From Octopus bimaculoides (taxonomy: Eukaryota), in assembly GCF_001194135.2 (NCBI RefSeq), contig NC_068996.1, positions 20,482,416 to 20,530,725 of the forward strand: 48,310 bases of DNA, given 5' to 3'. A program made the translations under genes and the position numbers. Shown here in pieces: positions 1-11,334 of the stretch. Every line of letters starts with the position of its first letter. Within the stretch, counting starts at the first letter, position 1. A model generated the notes under the pieces. That model was given only the letters and a program-made list of their open reading frames with translations. It was not told where the DNA came from and ran no database searches.

Positions 1-280
1 GGGAAGATTCACAGGATAGTTTGATTGACTTCTTGCATTTCTACGACTGTTATACTAAAAGCTATGGCTTTAAATCCAACATAAAATTTACGTCTAGTTT
101 TTCAAAAACTAGCGTTGAATTTTTGGACACAAAAGTCAAGTTTTCTGGAGGCACTCTATTTCTGACTCCAAGAAAACAAACATTGGTGTATCGGCACTCT
201 GTGCCTTGAAAAACAGCCGCATGGGAGGTAAGATCTGAAAGTGCATATTCTCAGAAAATATTCTGAATCTGCAAAGCTTC
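1..280 (+). mobile_element. Penelope-like element RT/thumb remnant; ~160-280 is probably an inverted piece
   Basis: The + frame reads LIDFLHF..NIKFTSSFSKTSVEFLDTKV, like the PLE RT motif 'FL..LN....IKFT......FLD..V'. The - strand at ~160-280 reads R(F)RIFSEN..F....MRLFFK, like the PLE thumb 'RRICS...F....M..FF..RGY'. Confidence 0.55.
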
Positions 281-284
281 CAAT

Positions 285-3200
285 AATAACACTATGTCTA
301 TTTCCCCTATCCATCTATTCAGCTCTTTAGGGATAGTTCCCAATGCACCTATAACTACTGGGATACATTTTACCAGTACTTTTCATAGTATCTGTATTTC
401 AATAGCTAGGTTCCTGGTACTTTGCTACTTTTTCTATACTTCTCATTAAAGTTTTCATCATTTGGAACTGTAAAGTCAATTATCTGGCACTTTCTATTCT
501 CTTTATCTACTACTACCAAATCAAGCCTTCTAGCTTCTGTCAGTTTCAATGTTAAAGTCCCACAGCATCTTGTATTTCTTACTTTCTAGTACTTTACTAG
601 GTTCATGTTCATACCAATTATCAATATTTTCAAATCCTACCTTTCAACATAGCTTCCAGTGGCTTACTCTCCCTAGATTGTCATGTCTTTTCTTGTATTC
701 TCTCTGTACCAACATGCTACACTCACTTAATTATTAGTAACACTTTCCTCTTTTGCTTTGCATAATCTGCATTGGAAATCTACGTGGTTTTTGTCTATCT
801 TGGCGTTTATACAAATGAGTCCTTAATGCTTGATCTTATGCAGCTACTGACAAACTTTCTGTCTCCCTCTTCAACTTTCCTTTCTGCAACCATAACCATG
901 TTTCACTACTACTATTTTCTGCAGCTGTCTTTGGGAATCTACCATGCAGCGCCTTCTCCTGCCAGTCAGGTAATTTCTGTTATTTTTTTCTGTCTTTTAA
1001 GTTCGTTTCGATTTTTGATTTCCCTATGTCTTGTTGTGACTCTATCAGCTTTTAATAAACTGTCTTCACTATTACCTACATAGGAATCTATATCTACTCC
1101 ACGTAGTCTTCTACTGATATTAATCCGCTTCTGCCTTCCTTTCTACGTAAATATAATCTTGCTACTCCTGCCCAGGGGTGGAGTCCTCCATCCCTGTTGA
1201 TTTCCTTCCTAGTTCTTCCGTCAAACTTTGCTAATTCAGTTTTTGTCCAATCCACAAAAGCTACCGAGTATCTAAGTAATGATACTACCCAAGTATTTAC
1301 AGCCCTCACTAGATTCAGGCCATTTAGCTTTGACTTCATTAGCTTTCTCACCCTTCTGATGTATTCCTTCTCAGTTCTCGTTTTCATTTCTGTAGTTAGT
1401 ACTCAGTCAGATTCTAATACTCCTAGATACTTATAACTCTCTCCTTCTTTCAAAGATTTTAATGTCTACCCATCAGATAATTGGATGCCTTCGCTGTTCA
1501 CTACCTGTCCCCTTCTCACGACTAATATTGCACACTTATCTTTGCCAAATTACACGCCTATATCTCTATGCTGAAGAGTCTTAGAGGCTGTATTAAGGAA
1601 TCTATCTCTTTTTCATTCTTACTAAAAAGCTTCAGATGATCCATGTAGAGCAAATACTTAATTTTTCTATTACTATTTCTGAGCTGATACTCTGCCTTTG
1701 CCTTCCTTAATACTAAACTGAGGGGGATCAAACATAAGACAAATATTAAAGGGGACGAGTCCTCCTGGAAAATTTCGCTTTTAATATTAGCTTTCCCTAA
1801 GAGTGTGTCACCTGCGTAGATATCTACTTACCATTTCTTCATGATAAAACTAATTAATTCTCTTATGTTGTCTGCTATACTAAATAGACTTAAGCATTCA
1901 CTTATCCTTGTGTGTGGGATCATTTCATAGGCTTTCCTATAATCTATACATGCTATTGTTAGATTTTTCTTTCTAGATTTTACTTCATTTAGAAGTGCTT
2001 TGTCTATATATAATAGATTATGCCTTCTTCCTGCAACTTTTGTTCTTCTGGCAGTAAATTCTGGTTGTCAAGGTGCTCGTTAATGCTTTCTGAAGGCATC
2101 CTTTTTAACAGTTTCGTCACTGATGGTAAGCAAGTGATTGGTCTATAGTTGCTGGCTGTATTACCTTAGTTCTTATCTTTCATGATGAGTATTGCACTCC
2201 CTCTAGTCATCTAATCAGGTATTATTCCTCCATTAAGGCAATCCTTAAGTTGTTCCCTCAGCCTCCCATGTAAACTACTAGATTTCTTTAGCCGGTACCC
2301 TTGAACGAAATCTGGTCCTGGGCCCTTCCAAATTGAGATATTTCCTAACACTTTACTCATTAATGCACTAGTTAATCTTAGAACTGGCTGCTTCTCGCTC
2401 ACTATTTATTCCTTCACTTTCTTTAACTATACTCCATCTCCATTATGATTGACTGGATTATCCCAAATATTACTCCAGAACTTTCTAGCTTCGTCTGCAT
2501 TAGGTTTCTCATCTTCAGTACTTCGTTCTCCGCTATTTATTTGGTTATAAAATTTCCTCTGGTCTGTCTCAAATACTGATTTATTATTTTCTGATATCGG
2601 GAGAGCTTGCCTGCTGCTGCTATGATACGCTGTTTCAACTCTTATATTACTCTCCCAAATCCTTTCCCTTTGACTTAGTATCTTTTCTCGAGGGAAGATT
2701 CGTATCTTGTGTTTCCTATCTTGTTCAGTTTCCTGGCTTCTACTCTATTCAGATCTTCTCTTAAAGTCTTCACTTTACTTTGTAGTTTCATTTTCAACAT
2801 TCCTTCTTTTTTAATCTTTCCCTGTGAAATAACTAATCTTCTGGTGCCTGCTACCCCTTCTGAATAGATCAGGAAAGTAGTGTCTCCTATATTTTTAGTA
2901 TTTATCCTACTGAATCTACTTTCCTAGTCGTTTCTTGTAGCTTCCTTCTGTTAGTAACTTTTAATGCTGGCAACCTTTTCCTTACTTCTTTCCTCATTAC
3001 TTCCTGCAACTCATCTGAAATCTTCAGATCTTCCTCACTTAAATCACTTAAACTGTTGGTGCCAGTTGTTCCTTCCTTATTATTATTTTTCCTTTAGTTT
3101 CTTCTTTAGTTTGAGCTGTATCTCTTCTGTTGTTGTTTGTCTTTCCTACAGCCTGATCTTCCTTTTCCAGTTCTCTTGTGATCCCTTCTACCTCCACTTC

Positions 3201-3672
3201 TGTCATCCACTTCTTCTCCTAATAACATTAGCTTGATCAACTAATCTCTGCTCGGTCACTTTAAACATGTCCCAAACTGTTAACATCCGTTTTCTATAGC
3301 CNNNNNNNNNNNNNNNNNNNNNNNNNNNNNNNNNNNNNNNNNNNNNNNNNNNNNNNNNNNNNNNNNNNNNNNNNNNNNNNNNNNNNNNNNNNNNNNNNNN
3401 NNNNNNNNNNNNNNNNNNNNNNNNNNNNNNNNNNNNNNNNNNNNNNNNNNNNNNNNNNNNNNNNNNNNNNNNNNNNNNNNNNNNNNNNNNNNNNNNNNNN
3501 NNNNNNNNNNNNNNNNNNNNNNNNNNNNNNNNNNNNNNNNNNNNNNNNNNNNNNNNNNNNNNNNNNNNNNNNNNNNNNNNNNNNNNNNNNNNNNNNNNNG
3601 AAAGTTTCAAGCAACTTTCTATTGCATCACTTGTTGCACTTTTGTGCTGGCGGGGTGGCGTATGTTGATATT

Positions 3673-3673
<1 letters not shown>
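285..3673 (-). mobile_element. R4/Dong-clade non-LTR retrotransposon, near full length, decayed, with an internal assembly gap
   Basis: Minus-strand motifs appear in the expected order: GYRKRM..W..F..TEQRLVDQ (N-terminus, ~3203-3300), WKGPGPD (~2330), IDYRKAYEMIPH (~1917-1950), IFQEDS-SPLIF (~1741-1776), LYMD(H)LKLF (~1630-1655), EYIRRVRKLMKSKLNG...LHP...RLYL (1094-1387), then RLE WYEHEP..V.E...KMLWDF, DLVVVDK and IPVVIGALGT (~330-560). Many stops and frameshifts. Confidence 0.87.
3302..3599. other. Assembly gap (one of about 12 N-runs; others start near 13482, 16558, 17929, 19802, 20359, 27410, 29324, 37883 and 46927)
   Basis: N runs, mostly bordered by repeats or microsatellites. Confidence 0.99.

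Positions 3674-3752
<79 letters not shown>
3674..3752. repeat. (TTA)n microsatellite, ~26 units
   Basis: Perfect TTA run seen directly. Confidence 0.98.
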
Positions 3753-4132
3753 GAGTGAAATAGCAGTCTTTGCCATCAAAGTGACGATGAGGTAAAATAT
3801 ACGACGCCCATTATACCCATCATGACTACCCGTCTGATAAGGGTACATCAAGCACATGCATCACAAACATATGTGTGCGACATAGTGGTCTCATATCAAG
3901 ATAAACAGTGCATGACCTCGTAGATGGGGCTCAGTTAGAATTTTCTTCACGTCCAATAGCCCATCCCAGTCAACAGGTCCCTGAATAAGGTTTTTTTAAC
4001 GATGATAAACAAAACACCCATGTTTCCAGAGGCGAATTATTCAAACCCCAAAGAATTCCTCCCAACTCATGCCTATGATGCTCCCCCACTGCTTCTTCAC
4101 GTGATCAGGGATATCATCATATCGTCAGCCAT
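3753..4132 (-). mobile_element. Dispersed repeat: 3' end of a non-LTR element or SINE with a (TAA)n tail
   Basis: Non-coding block that ends in (TAA)n on the - strand. It resembles a common octopus repeat (recalled). Family not assigned. Confidence 0.45.
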
Positions 4133-5473
4133 TAACATGTTTACTAAGGAAATCAACACAAGACCAACACAAGCAACAACTACAAGAATAATTGTAACGG
4201 TTTCGCATCCGCAGCGAAGCAAAGCTCGAAGGAAATCCATGTCACAATGGACGATATTAAAAATGCAAAGAAGTTGTTAAGGAAGGATGGAAACAATCTC
4301 TTCCTTAACACTCCACAACAACTGATAAATGAGACAAACAAAAGGACCATCATGTACAAAATATACAACATGAAACATAAAATAGTAGGAGAAAATCAAC
4401 AGCTGTTCGAGATAGCTCTAAAGCCGACATGGGCAAAGAAATCGTATGTGACCAAGGGGAAGCGATTCGGCACTAAAAAAGGATGCAAAGCAGCATTTCA
4501 CAGCACTCCTAAAAACTGAGGATTTGCTGCTCGTGCTGACATACCTTGGTCGGCGCGTTACAAAAATAAAAATAGAGCAAGTGCCACCCGAACTCAGAAT
4601 ATGCTGGCTAGTGGCAGCTGTCCTCTCAGACATAGAGGACACTGCCACAATTTTTGAAGTGCATAAATTGCACAGTCAAAACTGGTCGGATATGGGTATG
4701 CAGTTTCTCGTTCAAATTGAACAAGAAGCATAAATGCCATACCCGACTCCATAAATTTACCAGACAGTACAAGGTTGCTGTGGATGGGTGACGACCAAAG
4801 CGAAAAAGATTTAAAATTAAATTGCCCCATATACAAGGAGAGAATGGAGGCGGAAAGAAGGAAGAAGGCGCCAACAACAACAACAACAACTGGAGATGCA
4901 GCGGATGCTGAGAACAAAAGCTTCCGCACCACCAGCAAAAGCGACACCACCTCCAACCATCACCAGACCAACACTGACATCGATGACACCGGCCGGGATA
5001 AATATACCACCACCAATAACACTAACTGTTGCATCACATTCAGCAGCAAGTGAAGCTACACAAGAAAGAGTTGAAACGGACCCCCAAAGACATCCCCTTT
5101 CCCGACCAGATTAGCTCGGACACTACCACAGCAAACACCAACACAAATTACAACACACACAGACAACACCACCACCACTACCGATACAAACATCACGGCA
5201 ATAAGCATAAATAATGAAAACCTTGTAATCTACTTAAAAGAAAACACAAACACCACAATGGCAGATTTCATCGTACCCACACACAACACACCACCAGCAC
5301 ACAAACTCAGTTTCAGAATAACACAAGAGAACTACGAGATAATAACGAACAAATATCCAGATAATGTTAGGTCGCTCGGGAAAAGTTTCTCGAAAAAATT
5401 ATACAAGAATTTGGTGGAAATACCCATGCGAAAACATAGGGGAGTCACCCCACCAGACAACGACGGTAATTAG
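4133..5473 (+). pseudogene. Tx1/L1-clade LINE ORF1 remnant (RRM-like region and Thr/Asn-rich linker)
   Basis: Frameshifted YVTKGKRFGT..., LKTEDLLLV.TYLGRRVTKIKIEQVPPE..WLVAAVL, NAIPDSINLPD, CPIYK. It lies directly 5' of an APE-RT ORF2 and stops at 5473. Confidence 0.7.
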
Positions 5474-6294
5474 AGCTTTTTCTCCTGCATAAATCTTTTT
5501 CGACATGGTTGTGCTCAGAATCGGTAGCATCAATGTGAGCGACCTCGGGTCGCCTTGAAAACAAGGTCACCTCTTAAACGACCTGAGGTCTTAGTGTGGA
5601 TGTAGCAGCCATTAGAGAAACCAGGCTCTCTGACTTGCGGGAACTCGCAGCCCTTTTCAGCGAATACGAGATTTTTCTATCTCCGTGTCGGCCGGGAGCT
5701 GGCGGTGGTGGTACTGCGGTGCTATTTTTGAAAGGTTTGGATTTGAAAATGAAGGCAGTCTTCCTGGATCCAGATGGTAAGTTGGCGGTCTTAGATGTGA
5801 ACAGTAGTGACGGAGGTGCCTTCAGACTGGTGGCTGCCTGCTCTCCGACAGGATTATTTCAAGCGTCTGGAGGTTTTCCTGGGTACGTCTGGTACTGTAG
5901 CGCTAGTAGGGGACTGGAACGCTGTCTTAGACGAACGTTTCGATCGAGTGGGCGTGGGAGCATCTGATAGGAGAGGGGGTGCAAAAGCCTCACCAACCTG
6001 CTCAGACGCTTTCAACTGTCTGACAGATATCGACTACAGTTCTAAGAGATAAGGAACAGGAATTATGTACATCATTTACATTATTTACATTTGAGGGATA
6101 TCCTTGTGGGATGGAGTTAAAATAATAGACAGAGAACACCACTGGAAAATACGAAAGAAGCAGCACATATGCTAGGACAACAACCTCCTAAGCAGACCAA
6201 GTGCAGATATGAATAGCATATGGGAACCGGTATTAAGGAAGGATAGGAAAATATTAGATTTATAAACCCTAAAAATTCACTCCATAATTGCCCA

Positions 6295-6330
6295 CGGCGT
6301 AGTGGTTAAGAGCGCGGGCTACTAACCCCA
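6295..6330 (+). other. tRNA-derived segment (A-box/D-arm and anticodon arm), no B-box; not a tRNA gene
   Basis: CGGCGTAGTGGTTAAG is A-box-like. It is followed by gcggg-CTACTAA-cccca, which resembles the tRNA-Ser(GCT) loop CTGCTAA. The T-arm is absent. Confidence 0.55.
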
Positions 6331-6392
6331 ACGACAACAACAACATCGAAAACTACATTAGGAATGAGAACCCAGGTTCGAAATTTCTCCAA

Positions 6393-6438
6393 GACACCTG
6401 ATGAAGGCTGGAGGGTATATCAGCTGAAACGTTGTGTT
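6393..6438 (+). ncRNA. Minimal type I hammerhead ribozyme motif
   Basis: Stem I GACAC/GUGUU; core CUGAUGA (6398-6404) plus one extra A; stem II GGCUG/CAGCU; GAAA (6426-6429); palindromic AACGUU in place of stem III; GUU triplet (6431-6433). Confidence 0.75.
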
Positions 6439-8561
6439 AACAACAAACAAGATGAGGACAAATATCCGTCAAATGTAAATAATGTAAATAATGTAGGCAT
6501 CGACCAGACAACCCGAATGTGCCAATGTGGACTTAGTCTAATTACACATAGTCTCCACAATTACACATAGTCGGCTACACAAACCACAAATTCGTGATCT
6601 GTACGGTCGACTTACATAGGCTCCATAGACAGGGTCCCGGTTACTGGAAGCTAAACGCGTCGTTAACGACGTGCAAAGCTTACAGATTAGCTTATTAGTT
6701 AAGCGGGCATTGACGGGGGCGATCGTCAATAACAACTAACAAGAGCTAGGTTTAGTAAGACTTTAGCTGTAGAAAGAAAGAAAATAGAGGGTGGTTTAGA
6801 AATCTAGACGGGGCCGACGTGTTGGCGGCGAGGTTGGCCCTCGACCCACACTTCGACGCCAAACACGAAGGCTGCGCTGTCAGAGCTAATGCAAGTTCGG
6901 TAAGCGGGGAGGCGACTAAGGCCGCTCGATGAGCCCGCATGGCGGAGGTGAAGCGTGGCAACAGGGCGACCATTCGGTCTTTAGTGGACCATAACAGGCG
7001 CGAGGTTTCCGAACCAAAGCAGATGTGTGCAGCCTTTCAGCAGCACTTTGCTCGACTGTTTGGAACGAGCGGTGGAACGGACAACGGTACAGACTTCGCT
7101 GTGAATCTGGACGGCCTGCCGCGACTCTCGGCAAACGAGGCAGACTGCTGCAAAACACCGATAACTGCCTGGGGAGTACAGGAAGCGATGAAAACCTGTA
7201 CGAGAGGTAGATCGCTGGGTTTGGATGGTCTGCCCTACGAGCTTTACACTTCAATGCCAGACTTGTTTGCGGGCCTCTTAACAAACGTCTACTGCAAATG
7301 GAAGCAAAACGGGAGAATTCCTGCTTTTGTTTGTCGAGGGGTGGTAGCACTGCTGAGAAAGGACCTAAATAATGGGAACGTCTTAGAGAACTTCAGGTCC
7401 ATCACTCTGCTCAACGCAGAGCTGAAGATTTTGGCCAAGGTGTTAGCCAAGAGGTTGGCGCTTGTCGTGGACAAGCTGATTGGCAAGGTGCAAAATGCGC
7501 CATCCCGACCAGGTCTATCCACGACAACTTCCATTTCATGCGCTACATCATAGAGAGGGTGGGTAACGAAGCTGGTACGGGTGAGGCTTTGATCAAATTA
7601 GATCAGTCTAAAGCCTTCGATAGGGTCGACCATCGATACTTGGGAGCTGTTTCTCAAGGCAGCCGATTTCGGTCCGGTCTTCCGTGGGTGGATCGCTGCT
7701 TTGTACAGTTGCATCTGCTCGGTCATACGGGTGAATGGTCACCTGTCGGAGCCGTTCAACATCTTGCTTTCGGTCCACTAAGGATGCCCTCTCTCTTCAC
7801 TCCTGTATGTATTGACTCTCGAGCCATTACTGCGGAAGTTGGAGGCTTTGAGGTGTGTCCCGCGTGATCTGGGATGTGGAAAGAGCGTGTCTGCCTATGC
7901 CGACGACGTCACCGTGATGGTGTCAAGCCACAGGCACATCGACCTGATTGGCGAGACGCTAAGTGAGTACGAAGCGGTGACAGATGGGAAAATTAACGTG
8001 GAAAATCGGTGGGCTTGCAACTTGGCACCTGGAGAGGCAAGTCCATGCTGTCTAATAGCATCGTGGGGCGCTGGACAGACGGTCCCGTTAAATTGCTCGG
8101 GGTCTGGTTCGGTCTGGACTACCAGGTGGAGGAAAACTGGGACGAGGTGACAAACAGGGTGGCCAATCTCACCTAGAAATGGGCCGAGAGGAAGCTGTCA
8201 CTGAAAGGTCGAGCCGAGGTGGCGAACGCGTACATTGCATCTGTCATCTATTACCGCTTGACCGTCGTCCCTTGTCCCGACTGCTGGTTGGCCAAGCTGG
8301 TGCGCTTGCTCTTCCGCTTTCTGTAGAAGAGTCAGGTACCACTGATCAGGTGCTCCATCTGCTGTCAACAGCCGCTAAACGGAGGTCATGACATGCCGTG
8401 GTTGCTGATGCGCAAGCATGCGCTCAGGCTACGGCATCTAAAGTGTTTCCTGGACAGTGAGCAGGTGTGGTCGTCGTTCGTCAGACTCTCTTTTCTACAG
8501 ATCGTCTCTTTGACCGAGCTGCCATCTTGGATCAAGCGTAGACCGAGAAAAGGAGCTTAGG

Positions 8562-8790
8562 AGGAGATAGAGAAGATAATATACCTCTTGACACAGAGGA
8601 AATCCGCCTATGCTCGAATAACAGCTGTAGGCAAAAAGTTTCCTACAACCACGGTGCTGAGTGGATTCATTCCGTGGGATTCGAGCTCTATTACCTGGCG
8701 GATCGACGGCAGGACCATGTACACATAACAATGGAAGATGTAATATCAAAACTGCCAAACTGGAAGCGGCAGGACAAGACGGAACTCTAG
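8562..8790 (+). mobile_element. R4/Dong fragment (pre-RT and RT domain 0) inside an inverted block
   Basis: Reads GGDREDNIPLDTEEI..S...KVSYNHGAEWI......QDHVHITMEDVISKLPNWK(A)AGQDG. Confidence 0.75.
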
Positions 8791-8794
8791 CTCA

Positions 8795-9346
8795 AGTTGA
8801 TGAGGCCTTTACCAAAGAGGAAAGTGTCTGACTTTGGCCCTTTCAAACGGGTCCACCATACCACCTCTTTCGCTACAGCCACCAGACAAATGAAAATTGC
8901 CTTCCCCTCCCGGTTAAAAGAGGTCGGCGGGGCAATCTTCACTACGGATTCAGCTGATTGCCGGATCCGTCCTACGCGCGCGACAGCAGCTGTTCGACAT
9001 AAACTCACAGGTCAGGAATACTCACGCACTGGACTAGTACGTACAGAAAGGTTTCGTCGCTCTGAGCGCACTTTGGGCAGGCCTGGCTGACAGCACTTAT
9101 GTGCCGGTACAGTTTATCCCGAACAAGTAGTGCCCCTCGGTAGTACTACCAGGCGAGGGACATTTGGAAGTTATCTATGGGCCCCGACCCAAAAGTTCTG
9201 CCAAATAGACTGCTCAGCTGGTCATCGTCGACGCCTAGAGTTTTCCCGAGAACGTCGGCGCACTTTTCCTGCACTAACCCTCTACAGAACGCTAGAGTGG
9301 AACTACTACCAATCGCGTTGCCCGCCTGGCGGCTCAGCAAGGGTAA
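8795..9346 (-). mobile_element. Tx1 ORF2 C-terminal zinc-binding region, inverted relative to the rest of the element
   Basis: The - strand reads SLAW*YYRGALLVRDKLYRH.....ACPKCAQSDETFLYVLVQC...L*VYVEQLLSR, then AKEVVWWTRLK. This is the L1/Tx1 C-terminal CCHC-type region. Confidence 0.85.
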
Positions 9347-9352
9347 CCTAAG

Positions 9353-9707
9353 AATGCATTCACTGATCTTCACCTACATTATTTTCCTCGAAGTTATCAG
9401 CACTACAGATACATTTCCTGACTGTCTGGATCTAGGCCTCATTAAGAAAGCCGCTATTCAGAATTATTCTCATTTGATGCATTAGCCCATTTTCAGTAAT
9501 CTGGAACATACCCAGCTGGTTCCAAAGTTCTAATCTTTTCCTGACAGTTTTACTTTTACCGTTATTCTTGTCTAGCAAGACTTGTTCAGGACACTTTATA
9601 CCTTTTTGTTAGTATCGACAGATCACTTGCTACTGCGAGCACGTTGCATATTTTGACCAGGAAAATGACTGCGATTTGGTGGAGTCTGTTCTTCCACTCC
9701 ATTGCTC
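9353..9707 (-). mobile_element. R4/Dong N-terminal fragment (5'-inverted segment)
   Basis: The - strand reads VRKRLELWNQLGMFQITENGLMHQMRIILNSGFLNEA*IQTV, which aligns by eye to the GYRKRM..W..F..TEQRLVDQ domain of the 285-3673 copy. Confidence 0.75.
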
Positions 9708-10978
9708 CCTGCGCAGATTGATACTGATCCTTAAGTCTAAATTAAACGGACTGAATAAGATTGAAGCTATCAACGCCTGGGCGGTTTCACTCCTTAGACA
9801 TGGAGCAGGAGTAATCGCATGGGCAGTAGACGAATTAAACAGCTTAGACAGAAAGACAAGGAAGTTGCTAAACTAGATATGGGTCACTCCACCCAAAAAG
9901 TGACAAAGACAGACAGTATGTGTCAAGAAAAATAGGGGGAAGAGGACTGATTAGATGCGAACACAGCATTAGAGCAGAAGAAAACAACATAGCATGGTAT
10001 GTAAAAAAAATTCCACAGAACCGCTATTATTGGAAGTAAGAAGATCGGGCTTGTGTAGGATTGCAAAGATAAAGCATTGTACAAGGACTTGAGAATGAAT
10101 GAAACTGAAAATAGCTGGATTAAGAAAAGAATGCACGGATAATTTCATAGGGATGTTGAAGATAAGACAGGCAGAGATAAAAGACGGTTGTGGATGGCTA
10201 AAAGTGCTTTAAAACCGGAAACTGAGGCTCTAATCTGTGCTGCCCAAGAGCAAACATTAAGAACCAATTACATCAAATACAGAATAGACAACACATCAGA
10301 AAGTGATAAGTGCAGAATTTGTGGACAAAATGGTCAAACCGTATTGCATATTACTAGTCAATATACGCCACTAGCCCAGAAAGAATGTAAGAGACGCCAC
10401 GACAATATAGCCAGGCTTGCCCATTGGACACTCTGCAACAAGTATGGACTTGACAGAGCAAAATATTGGTGCGACCACAAACCTGGAGGCATCGTCGAAA
10501 ATAGAAATGCAAAGATTCTATGGGATTTTAGGATTCAGTGCGACCATGAGATAGAGTATAAGAAACCAGACATAGTGTTAATTGAGAAAGAAAGCAAACT
10601 ATGCTGAATCATCGATATAGCATGCCCAGCTGACAACAAGGTATGCGATAAGGAAGAAAGAAAAGTCGAGAGATATGACAGGTTAGCTTGGGAGGTTAAA
10701 CAGTTGTGGTTGATGAAAAAGGTGGTAGTAGTACCAATAATTCTCGGAGCTCTGGGAACAGTGAGTAAAACTGTAGAGAAGTACATGGAACAAATAGGGG
10801 CTGCAATAAGGGAGGGGCAATTGCAGAAAACAGCACTGCTTGGAACTACTCGAATACTCCGGATGGTGCTCGAAAAATAAGAGGTTTTACCATAGTTTAC
10901 TGGTAGTGAAAAGGTGGCACCGTAATACATCTCCAGCGTTAGAAGCTGTGCAAAGACAATAAATAATAATAACAATAA
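9708..10978 (+). mobile_element. R4/Dong 3' half (thumb, zinc knuckle, RLE) with 3'UTR and TAA-rich tail
   Basis: LRRL.LILKSKLNGLNKIEAINAWAV; LKPETEALICAAQEQ; CRICG....V.HI.S....LAQKE.KRRHD; KILWDF.IQCD..I..KPDIV; IIDIACP.D; VVPIILGALG; LQKTALLGTTRILRMVL* (~10880); tail AATAAATAATAATAACAATAA. Confidence 0.92.
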
Positions 10979-10979
10979 A

Positions 10980-11066
10980 TGGTATGAAGTTGAACCTAGT
11001 AATGTGCTAAAAAGTAAGAAATATAGGATTTGTGCGACATAGTAATAGAAGCCAGAATGCCTGGTT

Positions 11067-11130
<64 letters not shown>

Positions 11131-11140
11131 CAATAACAGA
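10980..11140 (+). mobile_element. Short R4/Dong RLE fragment containing (AGT)21 at 11068-11130
   Basis: Reads WYEVEPSNVLKSKKYRI..CDIVIEARMPGLVVV..., close at the nucleotide level to the reverse complement of ~470-570. Confidence 0.8.
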
Positions 11141-11334
11141 CGCTCAAAACTTTTCTGTTTCTATCTCATTACAAAAACTCAAGTTACTAACTTTTTTATT
11201 CATTCTAATTGGTACTTTAGCAAGGCCTTGGAGTATTGGCCTTTAGCAAGGCCTATACCATGCACTCTGCCCAGATTATCAGCTGGTCAGCTTACAGTGA
11301 TATCCTGCCAAAATATCATCACAATCAACGTCGT

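Larger units (their letters stand above)
6035..6494 (+). mobile_element. 5'-truncated Penelope-like element: inverted pLTR end, GIY-YIG C-terminus, then pLTR
   Basis: 6107-6265 reads WDGVKIIDREHHWKIRK..EAAHM...NLLSRPSADMNSIWEPVLRK* (PLE endonuclease tail, frameshifted). A 34-bp inverted repeat at 6068-6101 / 6462-6495 matches 32/34. Imperfect 10-bp TSD: AGATATCGAC (6025-6034) / AGGCATCGAC (6495-6504). The Tx1 APE frame resumes after it. Confidence 0.85.
5505..8555 (+). pseudogene. Tx1/L1-clade LINE ORF2 remnant (AP endonuclease and RT), interrupted by a PLE at 6035-6494
   Basis: ATG at 5505, then MVVLRIGSINV, DVAAI(R)ETR and GDWNAVLD (APE); GPGYWKLNASL; GLDGLPYELY, FRSITLLNAELKILAKVLAKRL, LDQSKAFDRVDH, YADD (7896-7907), LLGVWFG. 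Many frameshifts. Confidence 0.9.

Noticed and set aside
4775-5214. Separate Thr/His/Asn-rich genes
   Set aside because: They are alternative frames of the low-complexity, A/C-rich Tx1 ORF1 linker.
6939-8150. Group II intron, retron or other prokaryotic RT system
   Set aside because: The upstream AP endonuclease, ORF1 and C-terminal zinc region identify a Tx1/L1-clade LINE.
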